Positions 9,513-20,584 of a stretch of DNA of 64,000 nt are shown here, in pieces. The stretch spans positions 22,786 through 86,785 of the forward strand of contig JASLXV010000074.1 of NCBI GenBank assembly GCA_030740155.1, given 5' to 3'. How positions within the stretch are numbered: position 1 is the stretch's first letter; each line of letters starts with the position of its first letter. The DNA is from Dehalococcoidia bacterium (lineage in GTDB: Bacteria; Chloroflexota; Dehalococcoidia; Lucifugimonadales; UBA3495). Below the pieces are notes generated by a model. That model saw only the letters and a program-made list of their open reading frames with translations. It made no database searches and had not been told where the DNA came from. The translations under genes and the position numbers were made by a program.

Positions 9513-9809
9513 CTAGCCGGCCGCCGTTGCCTCCTCGACTTCGTAGATCTTCTCGGCGATCACCATGTATATCTCGTTGACCTTGGTTAGATTGGGATAT
9601 CCGCCGTCCTCCTTCCGGTCGAAAATCTTCTCGCCGTCTAGGTAGACCTCGAGTCGCCCGCTGCCACCGGGGGTGAGCCTTATGGCAATATCGCCAACCG
9701 CCTGCCGCCGCCAGAACTCCATCGCCATCCACGTGGCGAGCGCGTGGTACCCTCACGGCACGCAGTAGACGATCTCAACCTCTACCTTTCCGTACTCGGC
9801 TCCCGCCAT
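9513..9809 (-). CDS. Rdx-family (SelT/SelW/SelH) selenoprotein, CxxU, 98 aa
   Basis: AAGGAGG RBS, ATG 9809, MAGAEYGKVEVEIVYC-V-P-TGA(9753-9755) continuing in frame into LTPGGSGRLEVYLDGEKIFDRK..GGYP. Confidence 0.88.
9722..9739 (-). promoter_or_regulatory. Candidate bacterial SECIS hairpin
   Basis: TCGCCA-CGTGGA-TGGCGA stem-loop starting 14 nt after the UGA. Confidence 0.55.
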
Positions 9810-9978
9810 GGTCCTCCTTCGCCGCTAAAACGCAAGCTGCCCACGATTCCCGAAGGCAGCTTGCGGAGCTTGGCGACTAGCGCCGCGGTCGAGCCGCGAT
9901 AGGGAATCGACCCGGCGTTGGTCCCGTATATCGAAGAGCGCGCCTTCCGGGCTGGAGACCCGGGCCAGGCAAGGTAAA

Positions 9979-10401
9979 CTAGGGAACGATGGCCGTAGCG
10001 GCGCCCACCGCGGTCTTGTCCTGGTTCTGGTTCTCGCAGAAGACGTCCACGGTCACGATGGTGCCCTTCTCGACCTTCTCCTGGCGGCTGACCGTGCCGT
10101 GCACGGTGATGGTGTCGCCTTCCTTGACGGGGCGCAGGAACTTGAGGTTCAGGGTACCGGAGTGGTTGAAGACCTCTGCGCCGAAGAACTTGCGGAGGCT
10201 CTCGGAGGCGAAGGCCACCGACATCCGGCCCGACGCGATGGGGAAAGTCGTCCCCAGCTTCTGCATCGCCATCTCCGGGCTATTGTGGATGTTCTCCCGG
10301 TCCAAGATGCCGCATGCTTCGAAAAGGTTGATCTTTTCCTGGGTGATACTCTTGGTTACCGAAGGAATCTCTTGGTTGACTTCTATTTTTCCGGTTGCCA
10401 T
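9979..10401 (-). CDS. MaoC-family hot-dog dehydratase
   Basis: D..NIH catalytic motif, PIASG, KFLRPVKEGDTI. Confidence 0.85.
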   Translation of the reverse strand: MATGKIEVNQEIPSVTKSITQEKINLFEACGILDRENIHNSPEMAMQKLGTTFPIASGRMSVAFASESLRKFFGAEVFNHSGTLNLKFLRPVKEGDTITVHGTVSRQEKVEKGTIVTVDVFCENQNQDKTAVGAATAIVP

Positions 10402-10808
10402 TTCTTTCCCACCTCGTCAGGTTTTTTCATCTGGTACGTGCGAGTCTTTTCCAGCAGGCGCCCGTCCTCATCTGTTGCGCTCGCCTCGATAACCAGGTAG
10501 GGCTTGTCCCGCCGTGAGTATTTGTCGGCGATTCGGCTGGTGATCAGGATCTTCTTACCCGGAACGGGCGGGTTGAAGAACTCCACTTCGGTCCCCGCGT
10601 TGACGGCACCGGTCTTATCTGAGTAGGCCAGGGCGAAGGCGGTCGCGTCGTGCTTGACCGCAATAGTGGGGAAGAGGGCGTCGGGATCCTCGACCGATAG
10701 GCGGTAGTTATCCAGGGTCTCCTGGGTGAGGACGTAGTCGAAAGTCCCTAGCGCATCGCCAATTATCGCAGCATCGTAGTCGAACGCCTTTGGTTGCGAA
10801 TCCGCCAT
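10383..10808 (-). CDS. MaoC-like hot-dog fold protein (partner subunit)
   Basis: Start moved to ATG 10808 (GGGAGG RBS); EFFNPPVPG..IADKYSRRDKPYLV; overlaps the downstream maoC gene. Confidence 0.75.
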   Translation of the reverse strand: MADSQPKAFDYDAAIIGDALGTFDYVLTQETLDNYRLSVEDPDALFPTIAVKHDATAFALAYSDKTGAVNAGTEVEFFNPPVPGKKILITSRIADKYSRRDKPYLVIEASATDEDGRLLEKTRTYQMKKPDEVGKKWQPEK

Positions 10809-11018
10809 ACGCCGGCACCTCCCGTGGCCTGTGATCCTGGCGACCTGTGCCACCCACGTTTGTACCACATATTCTTGGCAGCAGTCAATCTGAGGTAAGC
10901 CTGTTAACCAAGGCCGGGCCGCTGCGCTTACTTCCTTGCCAAGGGCCAAACCTTTGGTCTATCATCCTAAATACTCAGGCAGAGTACCGGGGCGCCATAG
11001 GTAACTATCTCAAAAGGC

Positions 11019-11085
11019 GGTTCGACAAGCTCACCACGAACGGAGCCAGAGCGCTCATCCGTTCGTCCTGAGCCTGTCGAAGGAC
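11019..11085. repeat. REP-like palindrome family A (TTCGACAAGCTCACCACGAACGG), doublet
   Basis: Two inverted units; related copies at 16477, 16854, 26101, 34561 and 63925. Confidence 0.8.
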
Positions 11086-11192
11086 CGCTGAAGTCAGCGC
11101 TCGGCGTTTTTGGATAGTTACTAAACCCGGGCCGCGCTGTTGCGGGTCCAACGCATGGCGACACTTGGTCCCTCCAAAGGCTCGAGGAAGGA

Positions 11193-12632
11193 ATGGAGAC
11201 CCAGCCGTTCATCGAACAATTAGAGGCTATCGTCGGCGCCGGCAACGTGATATCCCATCCGGAGGACCTGCTGGTCTTCGAGTACGACGGCTCCGTCGAC
11301 CGATCGGTCCCGTCGGCCGTGGTCTTCCCCAACTCAACGGAGGACGTGAGCCGGGTGATGGCCCTGGCCCACCGGAAAGGCGTTCCGGTGGTGGGCCGAG
11401 GGTCCGGTACCGGCCTCAGCGGGGGGGCTATCTCTCCTCCCGGGGGGATCCAGATCGCCTTCACCCGCATGAACCGGATACTCGAGGTCGACGAGGAAGA
11501 CCGAACTGCAACAGTGGAACCGGGCGTGATCAACCTGGACCTGGACACCCGCGCTCACAAGCATGGCCTGCGGTACGCTCCCGATCCGTCCAGCCAGAAA
11601 GCCTGCAGCCTGGGCGGGAACATTGCCGAGAACGCCGGCGGACCCCACTGCCTGGCCTACGGCAGCACCACCAATCACGTACTGGGGATGGAAGTGGTGC
11701 TGGAGGACGGTGCCGTGGTCAACCTGGGATGCCTGGCCGGGTCGCCGCTCTACGAAGTCCCGGGCTACGACCTGCGGGGGGTGTTCATCGGCTCCGAGGG
11801 GACCTTCGGCGTGACCACCAGAATTGTCCTCCGGCTGCTACCCCTTCCCGAAGCCGTGAAGACCTTCCTGGCCGTCTTTCCCGATGTGGAAACCGCGTGC
11901 AGCGCTGTTTCGGCGGTCATCGGGCACGGCATCGTCCCGGCGGCGCTGGAGATGATCGACGCCTTGACCATCAAGGCCGTGCAAAACGTCATGGATGCAG
12001 GCTATCCGGATGACGCCGGGGCTGTCCTGTTGATCGAGTTGGAGGGCCTGAAGGAAGAGGTTGGCGAGATCGGCGTCCAGGTGGAGGCGGCCCTGTGGGA
12101 GACCGGCGCTTCCCAGGTGAAGGTTGCCGAATCGGCCGAGGAACGGGAAAGCCTCTGGGTGGGCCGCAAGGGGGCCCTGGGCGCGCTGGGCAGTCTGGCC
12201 CCCAACTATTACCTGGTGGATGGAGTGGTCCCCCGCACCCAACTGTCCGGTGTGCTGCGCCAGGTGGCCAAGATTAGCGAGCAATACGGCATCCAGATCG
12301 CCAACGTGTTCCACGCCGGAGACGGCAATCTGCACCCGTGCCTGCTGTTCGACGAGCGGCAGCCGGGGGCGTTGCAGAACATCGTGGAGGCCGGAACCGA
12401 CGCGCTCAAGGTGTGTGTTGACGCCGGCGGCACCCTCACCGGCGAGCACGGGGTGGGCCTGGAGAAGAAGGAGCAGATGCCCCTGGTGTTCTCCGAGGAT
12501 GACATGGCGGCCATGCGGCTGGTGCGCGACGCATTCGCCCCGGCAAACGGCCTGAACCCGGGCAAGATCTTCCCCGGCGGGCCGCACCCTCAGCCTTCAG
12601 CACACCGGGCTGGACCCGGCGTTTATATCTAG
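11193..12632 (+). CDS. glcD: Glycolate oxidase FAD subunit GlcD
   Basis: RGSGTGLSGG, PDPSSQ, GGPHCLAYG, FHAGDGNLHP, GEHGVGLEK, LNPGK. Confidence 0.9.
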   Translation: METQPFIEQLEAIVGAGNVISHPEDLLVFEYDGSVDRSVPSAVVFPNSTEDVSRVMALAHRKGVPVVGRGSGTGLSGGAISPPGGIQIAFTRMNRILEVDEEDRTATVEPGVINLDLDTRAHKHGLRYAPDPSSQKACSLGGNIAENAGGPHCLAYGSTTNHVLGMEVVLEDGAVVNLGCLAGSPLYEVPGYDLRGVFIGSEGTFGVTTRIVLRLLPLPEAVKTFLAVFPDVETACSAVSAVIGHGIVPAALEMIDALTIKAVQNVMDAGYPDDAGAVLLIELEGLKEEVGEIGVQVEAALWETGASQVKVAESAEERESLWVGRKGALGALGSLAPNYYLVDGVVPRTQLSGVLRQVAKISEQYGIQIANVFHAGDGNLHPCLLFDERQPGALQNIVEAGTDALKVCVDAGGTLTGEHGVGLEKKEQMPLVFSEDDMAAMRLVRDAFAPANGLNPGKIFPGGPHPQPSAHRAGPGVYI

Positions 12633-12687
12633 AGAAAACCACCTTACCCCCGTCCACGAAGACGGGCGTCCTGGAAATTGGGGTGAC

Positions 12688-13365
12688 ATGCCTTTTTGTC
12701 CAAACTGCGGAACCAGAACGGACACCACCGACAAATACTGCGGGACCTGCGGCAAAGGTCTCCGGGAAACAGTTGCCGGCACCGCTTACCCCTCCGTGGC
12801 GGTGGCGTCCAGGACGTTGCCGTACGCGATCTCCGTGAGACGCGTCTTGATCATGTCGGCCCTCTCCTACGGGCTTTACCTGTTCTACTGGTTCTATTTG
12901 ACCTGGAAGCAGTACCGGGAACACACTCGTGCCGAGGCTTTCCCCGTGGGGCATGCGCTGGCGCTCATGGTCCCGATTTACAACCTGTTCCGCCTCCACG
13001 CACATATGCGGTCCTTCAAAGAGTTGATGCAAAACGCCGGCCTGGCCACGACCATCAACGCTGGGTGGGCCGTTATGCTGGTGCTGATATCCAACGCGTT
13101 GGGTGTCGTGGCATTCCGGCTCGCCGGTGGATTTTCGGGGGCCGAAGACCTAACCCTGAAGACAGCCGTTGCCATCGAGGCTCTCAATTTCATCTCGATA
13201 GCCGTGGTCGCCGGCGTGCTGATTCAGGTCCAGGGGAATCTAAACAGATACTGGAGCAATGTGGCGAACGCCCAGTTGGTCCACGCCAGAATAGGGGTTG
13301 GTGAGGTGGCTTTCGGATTGATCGGCGGGATATTCTGGTTGAATATATTGGCTGCCCTTGGCTAG
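12688..13365 (+). CDS. Zinc-ribbon membrane protein
   Basis: N-terminal CPNCG...YCGTCG ribbon followed by several TM helices (SYGLYLFYWFYLTW). Confidence 0.75.
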   Translation: MPFCPNCGTRTDTTDKYCGTCGKGLRETVAGTAYPSVAVASRTLPYAISVRRVLIMSALSYGLYLFYWFYLTWKQYREHTRAEAFPVGHALALMVPIYNLFRLHAHMRSFKELMQNAGLATTINAGWAVMLVLISNALGVVAFRLAGGFSGAEDLTLKTAVAIEALNFISIAVVAGVLIQVQGNLNRYWSNVANAQLVHARIGVGEVAFGLIGGIFWLNILAALG

Positions 13366-13434
13366 CGCCCTGAGCCCCGCGCCCGGAACGGGGACCGAGC
13401 CTCCGCGACCCATACGCCCAACTCAGTTCAGGTG

Positions 13435-14805
13435 ATGCCATTGGCCGAATCGATTCAGGATCAGCTTGCCGGTTTTCTGAACGGCGACGCAATCGTCCCT
13501 CCGGATCAATTGGACCGTTTTGCCCTTGACGGGTCCGTCCCCGGAGCGGTGGTCCGGCCGGCCAGCCGGCAGGCCGTCGCCGAGATATTGCGCTGGGCGT
13601 CCCGTGAGGTGGTATCGGTCTTCCCCTGGGGTGGCGGGACCCAGGCGGCCCTGGGCAACGTGCCCAACCGGGTGGACCTGGTCTTGGACCTGAGCCGCTG
13701 CGCCCGCATTCTGGACTATCAGCCAGCCGACCTCACCGCCACGGTGGAGGCTGGAGTCACCCTCCAGGGACTGCAGCAGGAGTTGGCGCAAGGCGGGGAG
13801 TTCTTGCCGGTGGAAGCTCCTCTGGCCGAAAGGGCGACCATCGGAGGTATCCTGGCCGGCAACGCCACCGGGCCCCTGCGGGCCAGCTACGGTTTACCCC
13901 GGGACTGGCTGATCGGCATCGGAGTGGTCAGCGCCGAGGGAGTGGAAACCAAGGCAGGGGGCAAGGTGGTGAAGAACGTCACCGGGTACGATTTGAACAA
14001 ACTGTACGCCGGTTCCATGGGGACCCTGGCCGTCATCGTCGAGGCCACGTTCAAGCTTGCCCCGCTCCCGGCGGACGCGGGAACGTTGGTGGCTGCCTTC
14101 TCCTCCATGCCGGAAGGGATCGAGGCGGGACGGCGCCTGCTGCGGCAGACGGCCGCAGCCCAGGGAGTCCAGGTTGTCGAGAGCCAGGCGGGGCGCCGTC
14201 TCGGCAGCGATTCCGGCGCCTTGTTCCCGGAGAGCCTCACGTCCGGCGCCGCCGTGGCCCTCGCTTTCTTTTCCGGCCGCCCCTCGGCGGTGCAACGGAG
14301 GCTGGAGGAAGGGACAGGGCTTCTGCGGGAGGCTGGGGCGAAGCAAGTAGCCAGGCTGGACCAAGAGGAGGGACGGTTGCTGCTGCGGCGGCTCGCCGAC
14401 CTGGGCTGGAGCGTGGAATCTCGGCCCTACTTGGGAATCAAGCTAGGCGTGCCCCCGACGGCGGTCGCCCAGGTGGCAGGCAGCTGCCGCGAGGATTCGT
14501 CCCTGGGATTTCCACCGGGGGTGGTTGCCGACCCGGGCTTCGGCACCGTGCGCCTGTACTGGTGGGCCGATTCGATCAGCAACTGGATCGATGAGTCCCT
14601 GGTTCTCGGCGCCATCGCCCGGATACGGGAGCTGGCCCGTAACGCGGGCGGCACCGCGGTGGTGGAGCATTGCCCGCTGCCGCTCAAGAAGAGGATCGAC
14701 ATCTGGGGTGACCCGCCCCCGGGAATGGAACTCATGCGGCAGGTCAAACAGAGGTTCGACCCCCTGGGAATACTCAATCCGGGCCGGTTCGCGGGGAAGA
14801 TTTAG
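13435..14805 (+). CDS. glcE: Glycolate oxidase FAD subunit GlcE
   Basis: GGKVVKNVTGYDLNKL, DLTATVEAG, FDPLGILNPGRF. Confidence 0.9.
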   Translation: MPLAESIQDQLAGFLNGDAIVPPDQLDRFALDGSVPGAVVRPASRQAVAEILRWASREVVSVFPWGGGTQAALGNVPNRVDLVLDLSRCARILDYQPADLTATVEAGVTLQGLQQELAQGGEFLPVEAPLAERATIGGILAGNATGPLRASYGLPRDWLIGIGVVSAEGVETKAGGKVVKNVTGYDLNKLYAGSMGTLAVIVEATFKLAPLPADAGTLVAAFSSMPEGIEAGRRLLRQTAAAQGVQVVESQAGRRLGSDSGALFPESLTSGAAVALAFFSGRPSAVQRRLEEGTGLLREAGAKQVARLDQEEGRLLLRRLADLGWSVESRPYLGIKLGVPPTAVAQVAGSCREDSSLGFPPGVVADPGFGTVRLYWWADSISNWIDESLVLGAIARIRELARNAGGTAVVEHCPLPLKKRIDIWGDPPPGMELMRQVKQRFDPLGILNPGRFAGKI

Positions 14806-16130
14806 TGGAGCGGAAGGTTCAGCAAGGATTTCAGGGTCCCGACGTTCCGGCCGAGTCCGACATGTACCGTTGTGTCCACTGCGGGCTGTGCCTCAGCGCC
14901 TGCCCTACCTATACGGTGCTGGGGCTGGAGACCGAATCGCCACGAGGCCGCATCGCCCTGATGAAAGCGGTGAACGAAGGGCGGCTGGGCATAAGCGAGA
15001 GGGTGGTATCCCACTGGGAGATGTGCCTCCAGTGCCGGGCCTGCGAGGCCGTCTGCCCCTCCGGCGTCCCCTACGGTCGGATTATGGAGAAGACCCGCGC
15101 CCAGGTGTTGGCCCACGGGAAGCAGTCCGACCAGCTTAAAAGGGTGAGCCGCCTATTCCTGCGGGCCGTGTTGCCCCATTCGGTGCGGCTACTCTGGGGC
15201 GCCCGCCTCCTCCAGTTCTACCAGCGATCGGCGCTGCAAAATCTGGTGCGTGGCTCTCGCTTCCTGAGCCTGTTCCCTGGGCATATCATGGACCTCGAAG
15301 CCCAATTGCCGGCGCTTGAGGGTCCGTTTTTCGGTCCTACAGCCCGGATGTACCAGGCGCGGGGCCAACCCGCCGGCAGTTCCAAGAAGCTCACGGTCGG
15401 CCTGCTCTCCGGCTGCGCCATGCCGCTGGTACAGGGAAGCACCATGGAGGCGACGGTACGGGTGCTTACCCGCAACGGATGCGACGTGGCGGTGCCCGTG
15501 GGACAGGGGTGTTGCGGCGCCCTCAACTCCCACAGCGGGGACCTGGAAAACGGCCGCCGCCTGGCCCGGCGCAACATCGACGTTTTCCTGGCGGCAGGTG
15601 TGGACCGGATTGTGGTGTCCTCGGCCGGTTGCGGGGCGGCGATGAAGCAGTACCACGAGCTGCTGGCCGATGACCCCGGCTATGCGGAGAAGGCCCAACG
15701 GTTTAGCCGGTTGACCGTGGACATCACCGAACTGCTGGTGGCTCTGCCCTTCGACCCCCCCAGCGCGGCGCTGCACCGGAAGGTGACCTACCAGGACCCT
15801 TGCCACCTGGCCCACGCGCAGCGGATAGCGGCCGCGCCCCGGCAAATCTTGAAGTCCATCCCCGGCCTCGAGCTGGTGGAGATGGAACAGGCCGCCATGT
15901 GTTGTGGCGGAGCGGGAATCTACTCGGCGGTCCAGCAGGAGATGGCGGAGAGGATATTGGCCAGGAAGATGGAGACGATCGCCGCTACCGGAGCGGAGCA
16001 GGTGGTCACGGCCAACCCCGGCTGCATGATGCAGCTGCAACGAGGGCTCCACATGAAGGGAGATTCAGGCAAGGTGCAACACGTGGTGGACCTTCTGGAC
16101 GAAGCTTATCGGGCCGAGGAAACCGGGTAA
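14805..16130 (+). CDS. glcF: Glycolate oxidase Fe-S subunit GlcF
   Basis: CVHCGLCLSACP and CLQCRACEAVCP ferredoxin motifs, two CCG domains, ANPGC. Confidence 0.92.
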   Translation: MERKVQQGFQGPDVPAESDMYRCVHCGLCLSACPTYTVLGLETESPRGRIALMKAVNEGRLGISERVVSHWEMCLQCRACEAVCPSGVPYGRIMEKTRAQVLAHGKQSDQLKRVSRLFLRAVLPHSVRLLWGARLLQFYQRSALQNLVRGSRFLSLFPGHIMDLEAQLPALEGPFFGPTARMYQARGQPAGSSKKLTVGLLSGCAMPLVQGSTMEATVRVLTRNGCDVAVPVGQGCCGALNSHSGDLENGRRLARRNIDVFLAAGVDRIVVSSAGCGAAMKQYHELLADDPGYAEKAQRFSRLTVDITELLVALPFDPPSAALHRKVTYQDPCHLAHAQRIAAAPRQILKSIPGLELVEMEQAAMCCGGAGIYSAVQQEMAERILARKMETIAATGAEQVVTANPGCMMQLQRGLHMKGDSGKVQHVVDLLDEAYRAEETG

Positions 16131-16211
16131 GCCGGAGCCAACCGGAACCCAGTCCGCGGCGGGCCAGACCGCCCGGAAAAGCCTAGGACTCAGTCGATCC
16201 GGCTGTTAAGA

Positions 16212-16880
16212 AATGTCATTCTGAAGCGAAGCGACGAATCTCGTTGATGTGCTGAGATTCTTCGTCGCTCCGCTCCTTAGAATGACATCTTCTGTAAACT
16301 GAGTTGGCCGGGAACGAGTGTCTCGCCGATGGCCCGGTAGCCGCTCCGTCACCCTGGCGAAGGCCTGGACCCAGCCGGCACATCCCTGGATTCCGGCCTT
16401 CGCCGGAAAGACGAGAGTGGAGAGGGACCGCCCGGGACACTCCCGCACCCGGTATGGGAAATCGCCGTTGGATGATCCGTGCGCTCTGAGCTTCTCGAAG
16501 GGCTCCGCCTCAAATCCGACGTTCCGGGTTGTCATGCCCCGGTGGAGCGCCACCGTCATTCCGAGGAGCGAAGGGACGAGGAATCTGGAGCGGGGTTCCT
16601 CCCTGGCAGCTTGGCCCCACCACCCCAGACCCCTCGCTTCGCTCGGGGTGACTTTTGTCAGAGTGCTTCCGAGGCAGGACCTTCGACAGGGGTTTTCCTC
16701 AAGACGCTCATTCCGAGGAGAGAAGCGACGAGGAATCCGGAGCGGGGTTTCTCCCTGGCAGCCTGGCGCCATCACCCCAGACCCCTCGCTTCACGCGGGG
16801 TGACTTTTGTCAGAGTGCTTCTGAGGCAGGACCTTGCTGAAGGGCGCGGGACGGTGGTTCGACGAGCTCACCACGAACGG
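16212..16880. repeat. Composite cluster of REP/REPIN-like palindromes
   Basis: Family B doublet 16212-16288; palindromic pair 16348-16412; family A units at 16477 and 16854; ~128-bp direct repeat 16556-16683 / 16708-16835. Confidence 0.85.
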
Positions 16881-16991
16881 TATTCGTAGCGCCGAATACG
16901 CGAACCGCGGGTGACGCCGATTGCATCAACGGGATTGGGCGTGCCGACGTTTCGGATGAACGTTCCAGCTTGCGGATCGTCGGCCCGAGGG

Positions 16992-18191
16992 CTAGCTCTC
17001 GGCTTTTGATGCCGCCAGCGCCCGCTGGGCGGCCGCCAGGCTGGCGCCGTAGGCCAGCTCGTAGCCCATGCCGGAAAGGATAACCTCCAGGGCCGACAGC
17101 AGGGCGAACACGTTGATCTCCCGGGCGGAATCGCCCATCAGACCGATGCGCCACACCTTGCCTTTCAGGTCCCCAAGACCGCCACCGATCTCGATGTTGT
17201 AGTCGTCCAGCAGGGTCCGCCGCACTGTGGCGTCGTCGATGCCCTCCGGAACCAGAGCCGCGGTCAAAGGGTTGAGCCGGGACCCCGGAGGGGCCAGGAG
17301 GTCGACGCCAATCGCTTCCAGGCCGGCCCGCAGCGCCGCCGCTACCCGGGCGTGGCGGGCGATCCGGTTATCGACGCCCTCTTCCATCATCATTCGCAGG
17401 GACTCTCGCAGGGCATAGGTCATCGAGATCGGGGAGGTATGGTGGTAGGCTCGCGTCTGGGACCAGTAGCCCTCCAGCCCTTGCAGGTTGAAGTAGAAAC
17501 TCTGAACCTTGGTGGAGCGGGAGTCGATGGCCTCCATTGCTCTGGCCCCAAAGCTGATGGGGGCCAGGCCGGGAGGTGCTCCCAGGCACTTTTGGGTGGC
17601 GCTGTAGCACACATCGATGCCCCAATCGTCGATCCGCATCTCGTGCCCGCCGAGAGAGGTAACGGCATCGGCGATGACCAGGGCTCCATGCTGGTGAGCG
17701 AGCTCCACGATCTCCGGGAGCGGGGTCAGCACCCCGGTCGAGGTCTCGGCATGGACCACGCCCACCGCCTTGACCTTGGGGTGTTTCTTGAGTTCCCGGG
17801 CCAGACCTTGAACGTCCACCGGCTGGCCCCAGGTTGTATCCACGACATGGACCTCGGCGCCGCACCGCCGGGCGATCTCCCCCAGGCGGTCGCCGAAGAA
17901 CCCGTTGTTGCAGACCACCATGGTGTCACCCGGCTCGAGGATGTTGACGCAGGCCGCTTCCATGGCGCCGGTGCCGGTGGAGGACATGGGCAAAGTCCAA
18001 AAGTTGTCCGTGTGATAGACCTGGCGCAGCATGTCGCACACCTCGTCCATCACCTGAAAAAAGGCCGGGTCCAGGTGGCCGACCACCGGCTTCGTCATAG
18101 CCTGGAGAACCCTGGGATGAACGGAGCTGGGGCCAGGTCCCAGGAGAATTCTCTGGGGCGGCTGTAACTCGTCGGCGTATGTATTGGTCAC
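16992..18191 (-). CDS. Alanine-glyoxylate / serine-pyruvate aminotransferase (class V PLP)
   Basis: LLGPGPS, VHAETSTG, DAVTSLGG, SATQKCL (PLP Lys), YHHT, RIGLMG; GAGGAGG RBS before GTG 18191. Confidence 0.92.
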   Translation of the reverse strand: MTNTYADELQPPQRILLGPGPSSVHPRVLQAMTKPVVGHLDPAFFQVMDEVCDMLRQVYHTDNFWTLPMSSTGTGAMEAACVNILEPGDTMVVCNNGFFGDRLGEIARRCGAEVHVVDTTWGQPVDVQGLARELKKHPKVKAVGVVHAETSTGVLTPLPEIVELAHQHGALVIADAVTSLGGHEMRIDDWGIDVCYSATQKCLGAPPGLAPISFGARAMEAIDSRSTKVQSFYFNLQGLEGYWSQTRAYHHTSPISMTYALRESLRMMMEEGVDNRIARHARVAAALRAGLEAIGVDLLAPPGSRLNPLTAALVPEGIDDATVRRTLLDDYNIEIGGGLGDLKGKVWRIGLMGDSAREINVFALLSALEVILSGMGYELAYGASLAAAQRALAASKAES

Positions 18192-18327
18192 GCCTGTCCT
18201 CCTCAAGTCTTAACGCAAGCTTTGCTGGACCCAGGGGCCTCACGGGCCTCAGGGCCGTTCCAGTAATCACTTTCAAACCGATCCGCGCGCCGGCAGGGCC
18301 CGGATGCAGCTCCAGTCCGGGGGGCGC

Positions 18328-19125
18328 CTAGACGACCGCCGAACTCCCTCCGTCGATGTTGACGGCGATGCCGGTCAGGTAGCTGGCCCGCTCCGATGCC
18401 AGGAAGGTAATCACGTCCCCAGCCTCGTTGGCCTCGGCCACCCGCCCCAGCGGCACGTTCCGGCCCTTGGCCAGGCGGTCGTAGAATTCATCGATGGTCA
18501 CGTCGGGCTTGGACTCCTTCAAGAGGGCGTAGCGCCGCTCGTGCTGTCCGCTCTTGATCAATCCGATGCAAACGGTAGTCACCAGGATATTGTCCTTGGC
18601 CAGGTCTTTGGAGAGGCCCTTGGTAATGGCGATACCCGCGGCCCGGGAGATGGAGGTGGGCATCGAAGACGGTCCCGGCGTCCGGCCTCCCAGGTTGGTC
18701 ACGTTGATAATGCGTCCACCACCGACCTTGCGCATCTCGGGGATCGAGGCGCGCATCAGGCGGACGGCCCCCCAAACCTTCAGATCGAAGTCCGCCTCCC
18801 AGTCTTCCTCGCTGACTTCCTCGAACCCCTTGGCCATCGAAGTGCCGGCATTGTTGACCAGGATGTCTACGCGGCCGAACTGGTCCACGGCCGCTTGCAC
18901 CACCCGCGCGGCGGTGCCGCGGTCCTTCACGTCCGCCGTAATCGGCACCACCACCCCTTCGGTGGCGGTCTTGATTTCTTGGGCAGCCTGTTCGAGCACC
19001 TCGGGCCGCCGGGCCACAATGAACACTCGCGCGCCTTCCCTCGCCATACTGAGGGCCGCGGCCTTGCCGATGCCTTCGCTGCCCCCGGTAATGATCGCCA
19101 CCTTATCCTGCAGTCCCAGGTCCAT
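18328..19125 (-). CDS. SDR family oxidoreductase
   Basis: TGGSEGIG, NNAG, IDGG; canonical YxxxK replaced by TSISR. Confidence 0.88.
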   Translation of the reverse strand: MDLGLQDKVAIITGGSEGIGKAAALSMAREGARVFIVARRPEVLEQAAQEIKTATEGVVVPITADVKDRGTAARVVQAAVDQFGRVDILVNNAGTSMAKGFEEVSEEDWEADFDLKVWGAVRLMRASIPEMRKVGGGRIINVTNLGGRTPGPSSMPTSISRAAGIAITKGLSKDLAKDNILVTTVCIGLIKSGQHERRYALLKESKPDVTIDEFYDRLAKGRNVPLGRVAEANEAGDVITFLASERASYLTGIAVNIDGGSSAVV

Positions 19126-19346
19126 TCCAATGCCTCCCCAAGGCGGATTGAGGGCCGCAGCCCATTATATCAACTTTAGCAACATCCCGGATGCCGCCGA
19201 ATCTCTGGAGGGCCCTTGACCGTCGCCGCCGCCTAGCTGGGGAGCGGCGTCCCGGCAACCAAGGTCGATGCCTAACCGCTGCCAAGAAACGGTCTTCGTC
19301 TAATCTTCGCCGTGGCGCGGGGCGATGGGTTCAGGCGCCTTGGCAA

Positions 19347-20555
<1,209 letters not shown>

Positions 20556-20584
20556 CTGTCAAATCCTCGAAATTAGTCCAGCAA

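Noticed and set aside
16556..16835. Possible CRISPR array
   Set aside because: Only two long units with near-identical inner sequence, no unique spacers and no cas genes
16206..16889. ORFs of 136-189 aa in the glcF-aminotransferase gap
   Set aside because: They are translations of palindromic repeats, with no RBS or protein-like composition
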